A stretch of DNA of 64,000 nt, taken from positions 15,500 through 79,499 of the forward strand of contig JBGPUU010000001.1 in the NCBI GenBank assembly GCA_041491305.1. The letters run 5' to 3'. This document shows, in pieces, positions 1-10,557 of the stretch. The notes beneath the pieces were generated by a model. The model did not search any database. It worked only from the letters and a program-made list of their open reading frames with translations, and was not told the origin of the DNA. The position numbers and the translations under genes are program-made. This DNA comes from Candidatus Methanoperedens sp. (lineage in GTDB: Archaea > Halobacteriota > Methanosarcinia > Methanosarcinales > Methanoperedenaceae). Within the stretch, counting starts at the first letter, position 1; each line of letters opens with the position of its first letter.

Positions 1-891
1 TTTGTTACTTTTACCAAGACGTATGCTCAAGCACCAGAAATACCGATCGTGATATTGACCGGTATTCCTGATGAAAAACTTGCATTAAAGGCGGTTCATG
101 AAGGTGCACAGGATTATTTGATCAAGAGTCATATTGACAGCGATCTGCTGATACGCACTATTCGTTATGCCATTGAGCGAAAATATGCTGAGAGGGAACT
201 AAAAAACTATGCAACAAAGCTCGAAAAGGCAAACCAACTCAAAGACCTTTTCACAGATATAATGCGTCATGACATATTAAATCCATTGGGTGTTATAAAA
301 TTAGCATCTGAACAACTGCTTGTGAAAGGCGTGGATACAGAGTCATCTAATAGCCTTCTGATGATAAAGCGCAACGCTGATAAACTAATCGACATGGTCA
401 AAAGCGCCAGTATGTATACTATACTGATGGAAGCTGAAAAATGGGAGAAGTCGATGTTAGATTTGAATTATATTTTCAGAGCAACAGCAAATGACTTCAT
501 GTCACAGATCGAAGAGAAAAACATGAAGCTGGGGTACTTAGCGAAGGGTGAATGTTATGTAATGGCAAATCCGATGATCGAGTCCATTTTTTCAAACCTT
601 TTGAGCAATGCCATAAAGTATTCTCCTTCTGGCGGGAAAATTGAGGCCAGCATTATAGACGAGAATGAACATTGTAAGATTTACGTTAAAGACTGGGGTT
701 ATGGAATAAAAGATGAGGACAAGGGAAAGCTCTTTACCCGCCTCACGAGAGTGGATAAGAAAGGGGTGAAAGGTACAGGACTGGGGCTTGCAATCGTGAA
801 GCGTGTTGCAGAATTACATGATGGAAAGGTCTGGGTAGAAGATAATCCGGAAGGTGGGAGTGTGTTTTATGTGCAAATTCCAAAGAAATGA
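1..891 (+). CDS. Hybrid response regulator-sensor histidine kinase (5' end outside window)
   Basis: Frame is open from base 1 (FVTFTKTYAQAPEIPIVILTG...). Receiver C-terminal half (GAQDYLIK), H-box (MRHDILNPL), N-box (NLLSNAIKY), D/G boxes (DWGYGI, GTGLGLAIV). Confidence 0.9.
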   Translation, partial: FVTFTKTYAQAPEIPIVILTGIPDEKLALKAVHEGAQDYLIKSHIDSDLLIRTIRYAIERKYAERELKNYATKLEKANQLKDLFTDIMRHDILNPLGVIKLASEQLLVKGVDTESSNSLLMIKRNADKLIDMVKSASMYTILMEAEKWEKSMLDLNYIFRATANDFMSQIEEKNMKLGYLAKGECYVMANPMIESIFSNLLSNAIKYSPSGGKIEASIIDENEHCKIYVKDWGYGIKDEDKGKLFTRLTRVDKKGVKGTGLGLAIVKRVAELHDGKVWVEDNPEGGSVFYVQIPKK

Positions 892-989
892 ACCTTATCT
901 TATAGGTAAAAGTTTTATTCTTTCATTGCATTGGCTTATAAAATGAGGAAATTGAAGGGGGGTCTTTAAATTCACAATAGGTGAACGAA

Positions 990-2048
990 ATGGAACGTAT
1001 CAAGGTCTTGCTAATTGAAGATAACCCGCCAGATGCTGTATTTATAGAGGAAATGCTGGCCGAAGCAAAGGATTTTTCATTCGATGTGGAATGGAAGGAA
1101 AGACTTTCTATTGGACTTGAACGCCTTGCTAAGAAAGGGGTGGATGTGGTTCTATTGGATCTCAATCTACCTGACAGCAAGGGTTTTAATACTTTTACAA
1201 AGACGCTTGCTCAAGCACCTGAAATACCGATCATAATATTAACTGGTCTTGATGATGAAACACTTGCAATCAGAGCCGTTAGAACAGGCGCACAGGATTA
1301 CCTGATCAAGAAACATGTGAACAGCAGCCTGCTGGTACGTACCATTCGCTACGCCATTGCGCGCAGGATGGGAGGAGAGAGGCGCTTTACAATCGAAGAG
1401 TTAAAAGAATATGATGGAAAAGAAGGAAAGCCTGCGTATGCAGTCTTCAAAGGAAAAGTCTATGACATTTCAAACAGTCCTCTCTGGAAAAATGGAATTC
1501 ATGCAGGTAAACACTCCGCAGGTGTTGATCTAACAGAGAGCATATTAAGTGCACCTCATAGTGAAGAAATATTAATAAAATTCCGCATTGTCGGAGAATT
1601 GGGCAAGGAAAAGTCTTTCGGACAGAAACTGTTGCTGAAATTAGAGGAGTTGCATCCTCATCCAATATTGGTTCATTTTCCCATAGCTTATTCTATCGGT
1701 GTTTCATTATTATCGCTTCTATATGTTTTCACGGGCAAAATTCCTTTTGAAATAGGATCATATTACATGCTTTTTCTGGGATTTTTAGCAACTCCTTTTG
1801 CTGGAATCTCTGGCTTTTTTTCCTGGAAAGTCACTTACGAAGGGAAGATGACCAAAATTTTCGCAAGAAAAATAATATTTACTGTAGTATTGATTGCTGT
1901 TATCACTACATGTTTTGTATGGCGAACTCTGAATCCAGATATACTCGTACCAACAGGCTTAAACTACATTTACTTAATATTGGTATTGAGTCTATTGCCC
2001 ATAGTCACTATTCTTGGATATGATGGTGGAGAGATAGTTTATACTTAA
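990..2048 (+). CDS. Response regulator receiver fused to a cytochrome b5-like heme domain and a DUF2231-type membrane domain
   Basis: Receiver (LLIEDN, LLDLNLPD, GAQDYLIK); b5-like FTIEELKEYDGKEGKPAY...VYDIS...HSAG.DLT...APH; membrane HPILVHFPIAY...GYDGGEIVY. AGGTGA precedes ATG 990. Confidence 0.8.
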   Translation: MERIKVLLIEDNPPDAVFIEEMLAEAKDFSFDVEWKERLSIGLERLAKKGVDVVLLDLNLPDSKGFNTFTKTLAQAPEIPIIILTGLDDETLAIRAVRTGAQDYLIKKHVNSSLLVRTIRYAIARRMGGERRFTIEELKEYDGKEGKPAYAVFKGKVYDISNSPLWKNGIHAGKHSAGVDLTESILSAPHSEEILIKFRIVGELGKEKSFGQKLLLKLEELHPHPILVHFPIAYSIGVSLLSLLYVFTGKIPFEIGSYYMLFLGFLATPFAGISGFFSWKVTYEGKMTKIFARKIIFTVVLIAVITTCFVWRTLNPDILVPTGLNYIYLILVLSLLPIVTILGYDGGEIVYT

Positions 2049-2235
2049 ATTGTTGTGTTGCATAACCGCTACTGCTATCGATTCTTTTAACATTGCAAGT
2101 AAATGCAAGAAATCGATCATGGAAGCTATATTTTTACTTCATTTTTATGTGTGTATTTGTGCAATATAATAGTAATTACTGGGTGTTATAACTCTCGTCC
2201 AGAGGTTCATACAAGTTTTCATTCAGTAAACTTAC

Positions 2236-2510
2236 TTAATTTTTAGCTCGCTCCATTTCTTCCATTTCACGTAGCTGTTCAGCTCTTTGTAAAACTCGGA
2301 TGATTCGAAGCGTCTCTTTAGTGCTCCGCCCGACTTCTATGGGATATATCATTGCAATTCTTAAAATGCCTTGAGGATTGATGATAAAAAGCCCTCTATA
2401 TGCAATATTCTTCTTCTTATGAAGGGACGCCACACTTTCTTGCCAGTTCTCTTTCAGTATCGGCTATAAGAGGATAGGTTATCTTCACACCTGTTTTCTT
2501 GTATCAACTA
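2236..2510 (-). pseudogene. Peroxiredoxin (AhpC/TSA) 3' fragment, frameshifted
   Basis: GVKITYPLIADTERELARKCGV in one frame, then AYRGLFIINPQGILRIAMIYPIEVGRSTKETLRII in another; the N-terminal peroxidatic-Cys region is absent. Confidence 0.75.
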
Positions 2511-2693
2511 TGTAAGGGGAACATCGCCACTTTATCGTTACAGTTATTTTCTATTTCAGATGTAATAGATTGTTTGTCGGTCCAGAATTAATTATCACAA
2601 AAGGTATTAATAAGCAACTTCTAATTTATGTAATATATTTTGCAGGGGGAAGAAATAAAAATAGATAAAATAATAAAAGTTTAGGATAAAAAT

Positions 2694-3416
2694 ATGGTCG
2701 AGATTACAATCATAGTTGCATTCATCGGGGGATTGGTATCTTTCTTATCGCCATGCATGCTGCCGATTATTCCAACGTTCTTAGCATATCTGGCTGGAGT
2801 CTCCCTGACGGAAACAAAATCGAAACAGAAACATATTTTTCTTAATAGTTTATTTTTTGTCCTTGGATTTTCAGTGGTCTTTGCACTCCTGGGTATCTTG
2901 CTCAATACCATTTTGCAGGCATTTGCCTATAATGTTCAGGTATGGCTTGCCCGGATCGGGGGCATTATTGTCATCTTCTTTGGACTTTATCTTGTCGGGC
3001 TTATTGAGATACCGTTTCTTGAACGGGAGTATAAATTTAAGATCGGATTAAAGTTCAAATCCAAATATTTCACATCATTCCTGTTCGGGTCTGCTCTTGC
3101 AGCTGGCTGGACACCATGCGTCGGGGTTGCGTTCGGAAGCATTCTGGGGCTTGCTGCTATAAAGCCAGGACTGGCATTTTACCTGTTGCTCTCCTATTCA
3201 TTTGGGCTTGGTGTTCCTTTCCTTATTGTAGGCTTATTCACGTCGCAGGCATCAAATCTCATTACCAATGTCACCATTCGCCATGCAAAAATATTTAAAT
3301 ATATAAACATTTTTTTCGGTACCATCCTTATTATTCTTGGTATCCTTGCCTTCACACAGAACTTAAATCTTATCGCCAATTTCGGCCCTCTTAACCGGTG
3401 GCTCTTAGGACAATGA
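2694..3416 (+). CDS. ccdA: Cytochrome c biogenesis protein CcdA (DsbD-beta family)
   Basis: SFLSPCMLP and GWTPCVG conserved Cys motifs; about 6 TM segments. Confidence 0.9.
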   Translation: MVEITIIVAFIGGLVSFLSPCMLPIIPTFLAYLAGVSLTETKSKQKHIFLNSLFFVLGFSVVFALLGILLNTILQAFAYNVQVWLARIGGIIVIFFGLYLVGLIEIPFLEREYKFKIGLKFKSKYFTSFLFGSALAAGWTPCVGVAFGSILGLAAIKPGLAFYLLLSYSFGLGVPFLIVGLFTSQASNLITNVTIRHAKIFKYINIFFGTILIILGILAFTQNLNLIANFGPLNRWLLGQ

Positions 3417-4519
3417 AACAGAAAACAATCGTACTTATCCTGGTTTTAATTGCAATCGCGGCATCGATCTTTTATTTGGAGTCGCTAAAACCTGTAAGGA
3501 TATCGCCAGGAGAAGCACAGATCAAACCTTTGAACAGTGCAAAAATCGGTAAATACCCTGTGGCAAAGGAAATTGTAAATCCTTCAGGTTTTATCAACAC
3601 CAATAATATCACGGTGGGAGAGCTAATTGGCAAGAAGGTTATACTTATTGATTTCTGGACTTATAGTTGTATTAACTGTCTTCGGACCTTACCCTATCTC
3701 AATAGCTGGTATGAAAAATATAAGGATAAAGGGCTTGTGATTATTGGAGTCCACACACCTGAGTTCCAGTTTGAACAAACCTATGACAATGTGCTTGCTG
3801 CAACGCAAAAATTCGGAATTAAGTATCCTATTGTTTTGGATAATAATTACTCAACATGGGTTGCCTATGGCAATCTTTATTGGCCACATGATTATCTCAT
3901 CGACATAGATGGTTTCATAGTCCATGACCATATTGGCGAGGGAGATTATGAAGCGACTGAGAAAAATATCCAAGATGCTTTAAAAGAAAGGATGGCGGTT
4001 TTAAAAATCAATGAAAATATCAGCACTGAAGTTTCAAAACCTGCCGGGGCTGTTAATGTTGATTTTACGAAAGTAAATAGCCCTGAAATTTATTTCGGTG
4101 CAAGCAAGAATACTTATTTAGGAAATGGAAAATCAAATACGGTTGGTCTTCAAAATCTTTCCGAACCCCCCGAAATTAATACAAATACATTGTATCTTGT
4201 AGGTGATTGGGAATTTCAAGATCAATTTGCTGAAAATAAAAATCCGGGGGCAAAAATCATTTTCCGTTATAACGCAAAAAATGTTAATTTTGTAGCCAGC
4301 GCAACAAATAATGTAACAGTCCAGGTTTTTCGTGATGGCAAGCCGCTTGGTAATGAGTCTGGAAAAGATGTTTCGATAAGAAATGGTTCAAGTTTCGTTA
4401 CTATTAGCGAACCTCGACTCTATACACTTATCGAAGATCCCCAAGGTTATGGTGAACATACACTTGAGATAACTATAGAAAATCTCGGTCTTCGTGCATT
4501 CACTTTCACTTTCGGTTAA
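3413..4519 (+). CDS. Membrane-anchored thioredoxin-like protein with DipZ-type C-terminal domain
   Basis: ATGA overlap with ccdA stop; DFWTYSCINCLRTLP, GVHTPEF, SPEIYFG, AFTFTFG. Confidence 0.85.
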   Translation: MKQKTIVLILVLIAIAASIFYLESLKPVRISPGEAQIKPLNSAKIGKYPVAKEIVNPSGFINTNNITVGELIGKKVILIDFWTYSCINCLRTLPYLNSWYEKYKDKGLVIIGVHTPEFQFEQTYDNVLAATQKFGIKYPIVLDNNYSTWVAYGNLYWPHDYLIDIDGFIVHDHIGEGDYEATEKNIQDALKERMAVLKINENISTEVSKPAGAVNVDFTKVNSPEIYFGASKNTYLGNGKSNTVGLQNLSEPPEINTNTLYLVGDWEFQDQFAENKNPGAKIIFRYNAKNVNFVASATNNVTVQVFRDGKPLGNESGKDVSIRNGSSFVTISEPRLYTLIEDPQGYGEHTLEITIENLGLRAFTFTFG

Positions 4520-4715
4520 TTTTCATAAACCAATGGACTGTTATGAAATAAGTTGAATAAGTTGACAATAATTGGGTACGAAAGTGTTAGCTGCTGAGGA
4601 GAGGAGACAAGAATTTCATCTTATCAATAACATATTTACGCCTCAAAATCCATTATACTTTTGCGGTTAGTTACTGTTAGAAAATTAATTGTATTATATT
4701 ATCAGGAGATTAAAC

Positions 4716-5024
4716 ATGAAACCGATTATCACAGCGGAACTTGAGATTGTCGCTCTGGGCACGGGAAGCACAAGCATGAGTTCTCATATTTCCGAGGCTG
4801 TAAAAGCTCTCGAAAAGTCTGGTATCAAATACCAGTTAACCCCGATGGGGACAGTAATAGAGGTATCTTCCATCGATGAAGCTTTCAATGCAATGAGAGC
4901 AGCGCACGAAGCGGTTATTAAGAAAGGCGTAAAGAGGGTAGTCATGCACATTACGATCGATGACAGAAGGGATGCTCCAAAGGGTATGGACGAGAAAATA
5001 GAATCTGTAAAAAGTAAAATTTAG
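4716..5024 (+). CDS. MTH1187/YkoF-family thiamine-binding protein
   Basis: GGAG before ATG 4716; TSMSSHI...YQLTPMGTVIE...IDDRRD. Confidence 0.85.
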   Translation: MKPIITAELEIVALGTGSTSMSSHISEAVKALEKSGIKYQLTPMGTVIEVSSIDEAFNAMRAAHEAVIKKGVKRVVMHITIDDRRDAPKGMDEKIESVKSKI

Positions 5025-5067
5025 ACCACTTCTTCCCATTCATAGGCGGGAGGAAGTCACGGGGAAC

Positions 5068-7110
5068 ATGGTAGACAAAATCCGCAAAAGGGACGGAAGA
5101 ATAGCAGATTTCGATAAGTCCAAAATAGCCAATGCGGTCTTCAAGGCTTTCCTCGCCACAAAAAGCAAAGATGGGAAGAAAGCCGAGAAAACAGCGAACT
5201 AGGTTGTAGAAATTATAGAGAAAAGAATCCCCGGAATGCCTGGCGTTGAGGATGTGCAAAATATCGTGGAAGAGGTTTTAATTAAAAACGGCTATACGGC
5301 AGTAGCTAAGGCATACATTCTCTACAGGGAGAAACGCGCCCAGATAAGGAGAGCAAAACAATTCTTCGGCGTCAGTGACGAATTAAAGTTAGGTATTAAT
5401 GCGGTACACGTACTTGAGCGGCGCTACCTGCTAAAAGATGAAAACGGGAATGTAGTAGAAACGCCTCTTGAACTTTTCCGGCGTATTGCTAAAGCCATAG
5501 CCCTTGACCCAGAATCCGAGGAGGATTTCTTTAACATGCTCGTCCGGCTTGAGTTCCTTCCTAACACCCCCACCCTTATGAATGCAGGAACAGACCTCGG
5601 GCAGCTTTCCGCCTGTTTTGTCATTCCTGTCGAGGACTCGCTGGTGAGAATTTTCGATGCAGTGAAGCACATGGTGCTCATCCAGCAATCCGGAGGAGGC
5701 ACGGGTTTCTCATTCACGCGCCTGCGACCGAAAGGCGACATTGTGCGGTCCACCAAAGGCGTGGCTTCAGGTCCGGTCTCTTTTATGCGTGTGTTCGATA
5801 CTACTACTGATATCATCAAACAGGGCGGCAAGCGGCGCGGCGCCAATATGGGGATACTCAGGGCTGACCATCCAGACATTATTGAATTCATAACCTCAAA
5901 AACTAAGGAAGGGTTCCTTACGAATTTCAACATCTCTGTTGCTGTAGATGATAAATTCATGAAAGCAGTAATTGAAGATTTGGAGTACGAGCTAATAAAC
6001 CCGCGGAACAGGGAAGCAGTGAGAAAAGTGTGGGCGAGGGAGATATGGAACCTTATAATAATAATGGCGTGGAGAACCGGGGATCCGGGTGTAGTGTTTA
6101 TCGATGAGATAAACAGGCGCAATCCTACGCCGCATATCGGGATGATGGAGAGTACAAATCCCTGTGGTGAATTGCCCCTATTACCTTATGAGTCCTGCAA
6201 TCTAGGCTCATTAAACCTTGCAAGCATGATAAAGGACGGCTCAATCGACTGGGAGAAATTTGATAAAACAATACCGTCAGCTGTCAAGTTCCTCGATAAC
6301 GTAATAGATGTAAATAAATATCCTCTTCGTGAGATAGATGAAATTACACATGCGAACAGGAAAATAGGTCTGGGTGTAATGGGTTTTGCAGATATGCTTG
6401 TGCAGATTGGTATTCCTTACAACTCAGAGGATGCCCTGAAAACCGGAGAGGAGATAATGCGATTCCTTGAAGAAAAATCACATGCGGCATCCGAGAGGCT
6501 GGCGGAAGAGCGGGGAGTGTTCCCCAATTTCCCTGGCAGTATCTTCAAAAAGGCCATTCGCAACTCCACCGTGACAACGATTGCCCCCACTGGCACAATC
6601 AGCATCATAGCAGGCTGCTCAAGCGGAATAGAGCCTCTGTTCGCAATATCCTTTGTACGCAATGTCCTTGAAGGGACAAAGCTCCTTGAGGTAAATCCTT
6701 ATTTTGAGGCTGTGGCAAAAGAAAGAGAATTCTACAGCGAGGAACTTATGATGAAAATCGCAAAACAGGGAAATCTTGCCGGGATCGATGAGGTACTTGA
6801 GGACGTGAAGCGTGTGTTCGTGACGGCATTTGACGTTGCGCCAGAGTGGCATGTAAGGATGCAGGCTGTTTTCCAGAAATATTGCGACAATGCGGTGTCA
6901 AAGACCATCAATTTCCCGAACGATGTGGATATCAAGGAAGTTGAGACGGCGTACATGCTTGCCTACCAACTGAAATGCAAGGGAATTACAGTTTACAGGT
7001 ACGGCAGCAAGGAGGAGCAGGTATTGTACCTAGGGGATAGGCTGGAAAAATATGTATCTGCGGATGCTGAATATGCTGGCGGGTGCGCTGCGCCTGTGTG
7101 CCCAGTGTAG
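5068..7110 (+). CDS. nrdJ: Class II (adenosylcobalamin) ribonucleotide reductase with N-terminal ATP cone; in-frame TAG at 5200-5202
   Basis: ATG 5068 reads MVDKIRKRDGRIADFDKSKIANAVFKA (ATP cone) in frame with ORF 5236. Catalytic motifs PNTPTLMN, SACFV, QGGKRRGANM, TNPCGE, TIAPTG; C-terminal CAAPVC. Confidence 0.9.
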
Positions 7111-7160
7111 ATTGAACTGAAGCCAAATAACCAATGTTAGATAAAAATGCTCATTGTGAA

Positions 7161-7826
7161 CTATCCAATCTTTTCCATCCAGATTTCAAGCTCGAAATTA
7201 ACGAAAGTCCACTCCCTTGTATCTCGTAATTCAGCCAAAAGAGTCCTGAAATCTTTTTCGTAAACATCCTTGAATTCGAAATAGGTCAGGAAATCATAGC
7301 TGAGCGCATCATTAAGACAGCGTGAATAGTAGAGCTTACGAAAAATTCGATCCACATACTTAAGTCCAATTGCCGTGTGGCCCTCGCTGATGCCGGTATT
7401 TTGGAAATGAGCTTGCCTCTGGTCATGTGCAAGTTTCCACCAATCTTCCGATTTTCCAATTGGAATCAAAACTGCTGTGGTGTGTTCTGATGGTTCCAGT
7501 TCTGAGATAGAACGCCTGTTTAGTTCCTGAAGCTGGGCATCATCGGTGTACTGAAAATGTCGGGTGACACCTTGAAACTGAATTAATGATGGGCGGATAG
7601 GAAACCTGGATTGCTCCGGGAATGATAACGGTGTTGATGCCTCAATGCGCACACAATCTGAAACCCGGGCGAGGTTGTATGAAACTTCACCTTTCACGGG
7701 GACAACCTTTCGTACACGGTAGCGACTGAGATAGCGTATGTGATAATTATTCAACTGCTTCAAAGATGTTTCTTTCATGCCAAAAAGAAAATATACCCAT
7801 GTTCGCATTTGAGGACTCATAAACAT
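7161..7826 (-). CDS. cld: Chlorite dismutase, short-chain (clade 2-like)
   Basis: LIPIGKSEDWW, proximal His (GHT), IFRKLYYSR, YDFLTYFEF, LRDTREWTFV. Confidence 0.75.
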   Translation of the reverse strand: MFMSPQMRTWVYFLFGMKETSLKQLNNYHIRYLSRYRVRKVVPVKGEVSYNLARVSDCVRIEASTPLSFPEQSRFPIRPSLIQFQGVTRHFQYTDDAQLQELNRRSISELEPSEHTTAVLIPIGKSEDWWKLAHDQRQAHFQNTGISEGHTAIGLKYVDRIFRKLYYSRCLNDALSYDFLTYFEFKDVYEKDFRTLLAELRDTREWTFVNFELEIWMEKIG

Positions 7827-7955
7827 TTTAGTTTGTATTTTTGGTCTAAATAGTCAAATTATTTCGCAAAGCCTGATTGCTAACTCTTTATTAGCAATTT
7901 TCGAGTACGGGTAAAGCGCAGGTATTTCATAATTCTGTAATGACTGCAATATTGA

Positions 7956-8618
7956 TTAAGAATTCATGGGATTAAAGCTTTGCCGCAGCGCCATGTTTAT
8001 TTGCTCGATAAAAACCTCTATCGGCTGCGCACCCGTAAACGCAGTATCCTCATTGATCACGATATGAGGAACGCTCATAATTCTGTACTTCTGAACAAGA
8101 TAGGGGAACTCTATCATCTCTATGACATCTGACCGTATAAACTCGCTCTCGATGGCCAATTGATGCGCCATACGTGCAGCTCTCGGGCAGAAAGGGCATG
8201 TAGGAGAAACAAATATTTGTAAATGGACTGGTTTTTTTATTTCTGAAAGTCTCTTCTTGATGCTATCCGGCAGGGAGGTGGCACCCCTTGAGACGTCTAT
8301 TATGTCTTCCACAATGACGGGAAACTCATATCCTGCTGGCACACCATAGTACCTGATGCCATAATCTTTGTTTCCAACGATCGCAATGGCAGGGATCCTC
8401 TTGATGTTGTATTTTATATCTTCGTCACCGTTCTTGACAAAGTCATAGACTTTTGTCTTTATTTTCGGAGATAATGTCCCAAGTTCCAGAACCAGTTCCC
8501 TTGTATCCTTGCAGAACAGGCACTCATTTTCCTGGGAGAAAACAATCAGTTCAACGTCTCCTGTAAGTTTTTCGAATTGTTTTTTTATTTGTTCTTTTTG
8601 GATATCATTGAGGACCAT
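7956..8618 (-). CDS. Protein disulfide oxidoreductase (PDO, two thioredoxin folds)
   Basis: CLFC and CPFC motifs; YGVPAGYEF, SVPHIVIN. Confidence 0.9.
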   Translation of the reverse strand: MVLNDIQKEQIKKQFEKLTGDVELIVFSQENECLFCKDTRELVLELGTLSPKIKTKVYDFVKNGDEDIKYNIKRIPAIAIVGNKDYGIRYYGVPAGYEFPVIVEDIIDVSRGATSLPDSIKKRLSEIKKPVHLQIFVSPTCPFCPRAARMAHQLAIESEFIRSDVIEMIEFPYLVQKYRIMSVPHIVINEDTAFTGAQPIEVFIEQINMALRQSFNPMNS

Positions 8619-8657
8619 ATGCTTCAACCAACGGATTTCAGAAATTTTTCCACTCTC

Positions 8658-8816
8658 TCAAAAACCATTCTCACCTATTTCATTCTTCCCACTGTAAAAG
8701 GACCTGCCATCCTGTACATAACTTAAATCCACATTTAACGATAACAACTTCCCCGGCCCTCACCTCTTCCCGTAGTGCTCTCCAATTATCTTCTTGTAAA
8801 ATGTTCTCCCTCCCAT
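8658..8816 (-). pseudogene. N-terminal remnant of aconitase-family (LeuC/HacA-like) large subunit
   Basis: MGGRTFYKKIIGEHYGK/VRPGKLLSLNVDLSYVQDG with one frameshift, resembling the MG.T..EKI..H...V.PG......D....QD start of LeuC; truncated after about 50 codons. Confidence 0.5.
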
Positions 8817-9061
8817 GTTTTCTAACCTCTACTTAAATATATGTTATTCATCGTATTAACCAAATGGATTTCTGTTTCGGGGTGAATTTATTAATGCCGA
8901 GTCCTTCCAAAAAGCAGGGTTAGGTATACATGCTGGAAACCCGCAGCATAGTACCCTGCTCTACGGCCTTGATCTGAAAAACGATGTTCAGCGTGCTTAA
9001 TGTGAGCAAGCAGAAAATATCTGGTAAGATGAATTTAAAGTAATGGTTTAGAATAATTTAT

Positions 9062-10453
9062 ATGAGTAATAATCATACAAACTACTTCATGGAAAAACTT
9101 GTTATAATCGGAAGTGGTTCCGGGGGCCTACCTATAGCTTCTACGGTAGCTAAATTTAGAAAAAACCAATATGATGTTACGGTTATCACACAAGACACAG
9201 ATATTGCTTACTCTCCCTGCGGCATCCCATACGCGCTTAAAGGTGACATCCATTCGTATAAAGACCTTATAATGCATTCTAAAGAACACTATACAGAGTC
9301 TGGAATAAAAATATTCACGAATACTTCTGTGGAGGAAATTGATCCTCAAAAGAAGAGAATACGCTATAAAAGTACATGGCTTGATTACAATTACCTTGTA
9401 ATTGCCACAGGAACAACCCAGAGAGTACCGAAAGTTGAAGGCATAGATCTTAATGGTGTGTTCAGTGCGCACATAAAAACCTTAAAAGAAGCTGAAAAAT
9501 TTGAGGAATTTATTTCGAATTCAAAAAAATCATTAAAGGTTATAATGACAGGCTCAAGTTCCATCGATCTTGAATTTGCAGTAGGACTAAAAGAGCGCGG
9601 TCATGATATCATAATTGTTGAAAAAGCAGCACATTTGATGCCAGATAGACTAGATACCGATATGGCAGAATACGTTCATAAATATCTGCATAGAATGGGT
9701 ATCACGGTAATCACTATGCAAAAGCTATCCGAAATAACAGGAACCGAGGCAATAGAATCGGTGAATTTTGGTGATTTAACCCTTCCTGCGGATTTATTGA
9801 TGCTTGGAACAGATTTTAAGCCAGAGATAGCTCTTGCAAAAAGTGCAGGTTTTGACATAGACAAGGATGGAATAAATATTGATGAAAAAGCGCGAGCGCT
9901 TATGAAAGGGAAAGCTGTAAATGGAGTTTATGCTTCAGGGGCATGTGCTCACGCGATCAACATAGTGACTGGAAAACGAGATTTCATGTACACAGGATCA
10001 ACATCAATACAAAAATCAAGAATAATATCAGAGCAACTTCTTGGCATAGATGCCAGCATAAAAGGAAGTACTAACCCAATGATTGCTGTGCTCCGGGATC
10101 TGAATATTGGCACAGTAGGATTAACAAAAGAGGAGGCAGAAAAAAACAATATCGAAGTAAAAACTTGTGTTACTGAAGAAAAAAGCACAGCAAGATATTA
10201 TCCTGGCGGTACCCCTGTTCATATGAAACTGCTTTTTGAAAAAAATTCTCTCAGGCTTATTGGAGCCCAGATTATATCCGAAGGATATGGAATTAAAGAA
10301 CGGGTTGATGCCCTGTCGATTGCAATGAGCTGCAAGCTTACCGCAAAAGAACTGGCGCACCTTGAAACCGGATATTCTCCTCCAGTATCACATATCTTTG
10401 ATATAATGGTTGAATTGGCAAACAGTGTGTGGCTTGAAAATAACATGAGATAA
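9062..10453 (+). CDS. FAD-dependent NADH oxidase / CoA-disulfide reductase family oxidoreductase
   Basis: VIIGSGSGG, AYSPCGIPY (redox Cys), LVIATG, ARYYPG, LIGAQI, GYSPP. Alternative start at 9089. Confidence 0.85.
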   Translation: MSNNHTNYFMEKLVIIGSGSGGLPIASTVAKFRKNQYDVTVITQDTDIAYSPCGIPYALKGDIHSYKDLIMHSKEHYTESGIKIFTNTSVEEIDPQKKRIRYKSTWLDYNYLVIATGTTQRVPKVEGIDLNGVFSAHIKTLKEAEKFEEFISNSKKSLKVIMTGSSSIDLEFAVGLKERGHDIIIVEKAAHLMPDRLDTDMAEYVHKYLHRMGITVITMQKLSEITGTEAIESVNFGDLTLPADLLMLGTDFKPEIALAKSAGFDIDKDGINIDEKARALMKGKAVNGVYASGACAHAINIVTGKRDFMYTGSTSIQKSRIISEQLLGIDASIKGSTNPMIAVLRDLNIGTVGLTKEEAEKNNIEVKTCVTEEKSTARYYPGGTPVHMKLLFEKNSLRLIGAQIISEGYGIKERVDALSIAMSCKLTAKELAHLETGYSPPVSHIFDIMVELANSVWLENNMR

Positions 10454-10557
10454 AGCATGTAAATCTTTTATTTGCTTCAGGTTTAAACCCAAATCCGAAA
10501 AGTACATAAGATTTTAGAACACAATGTATTTCGTGAGATTTTTTTGGGGTAATCAAT

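Noticed and set aside
5424-6122. Long antisense ORFs (e.g. 5424-6122, 35801-36322, 40936-41562, 33600-34112)
   Set aside because: They are shadows of well-supported genes on the opposite strand, with no motifs.
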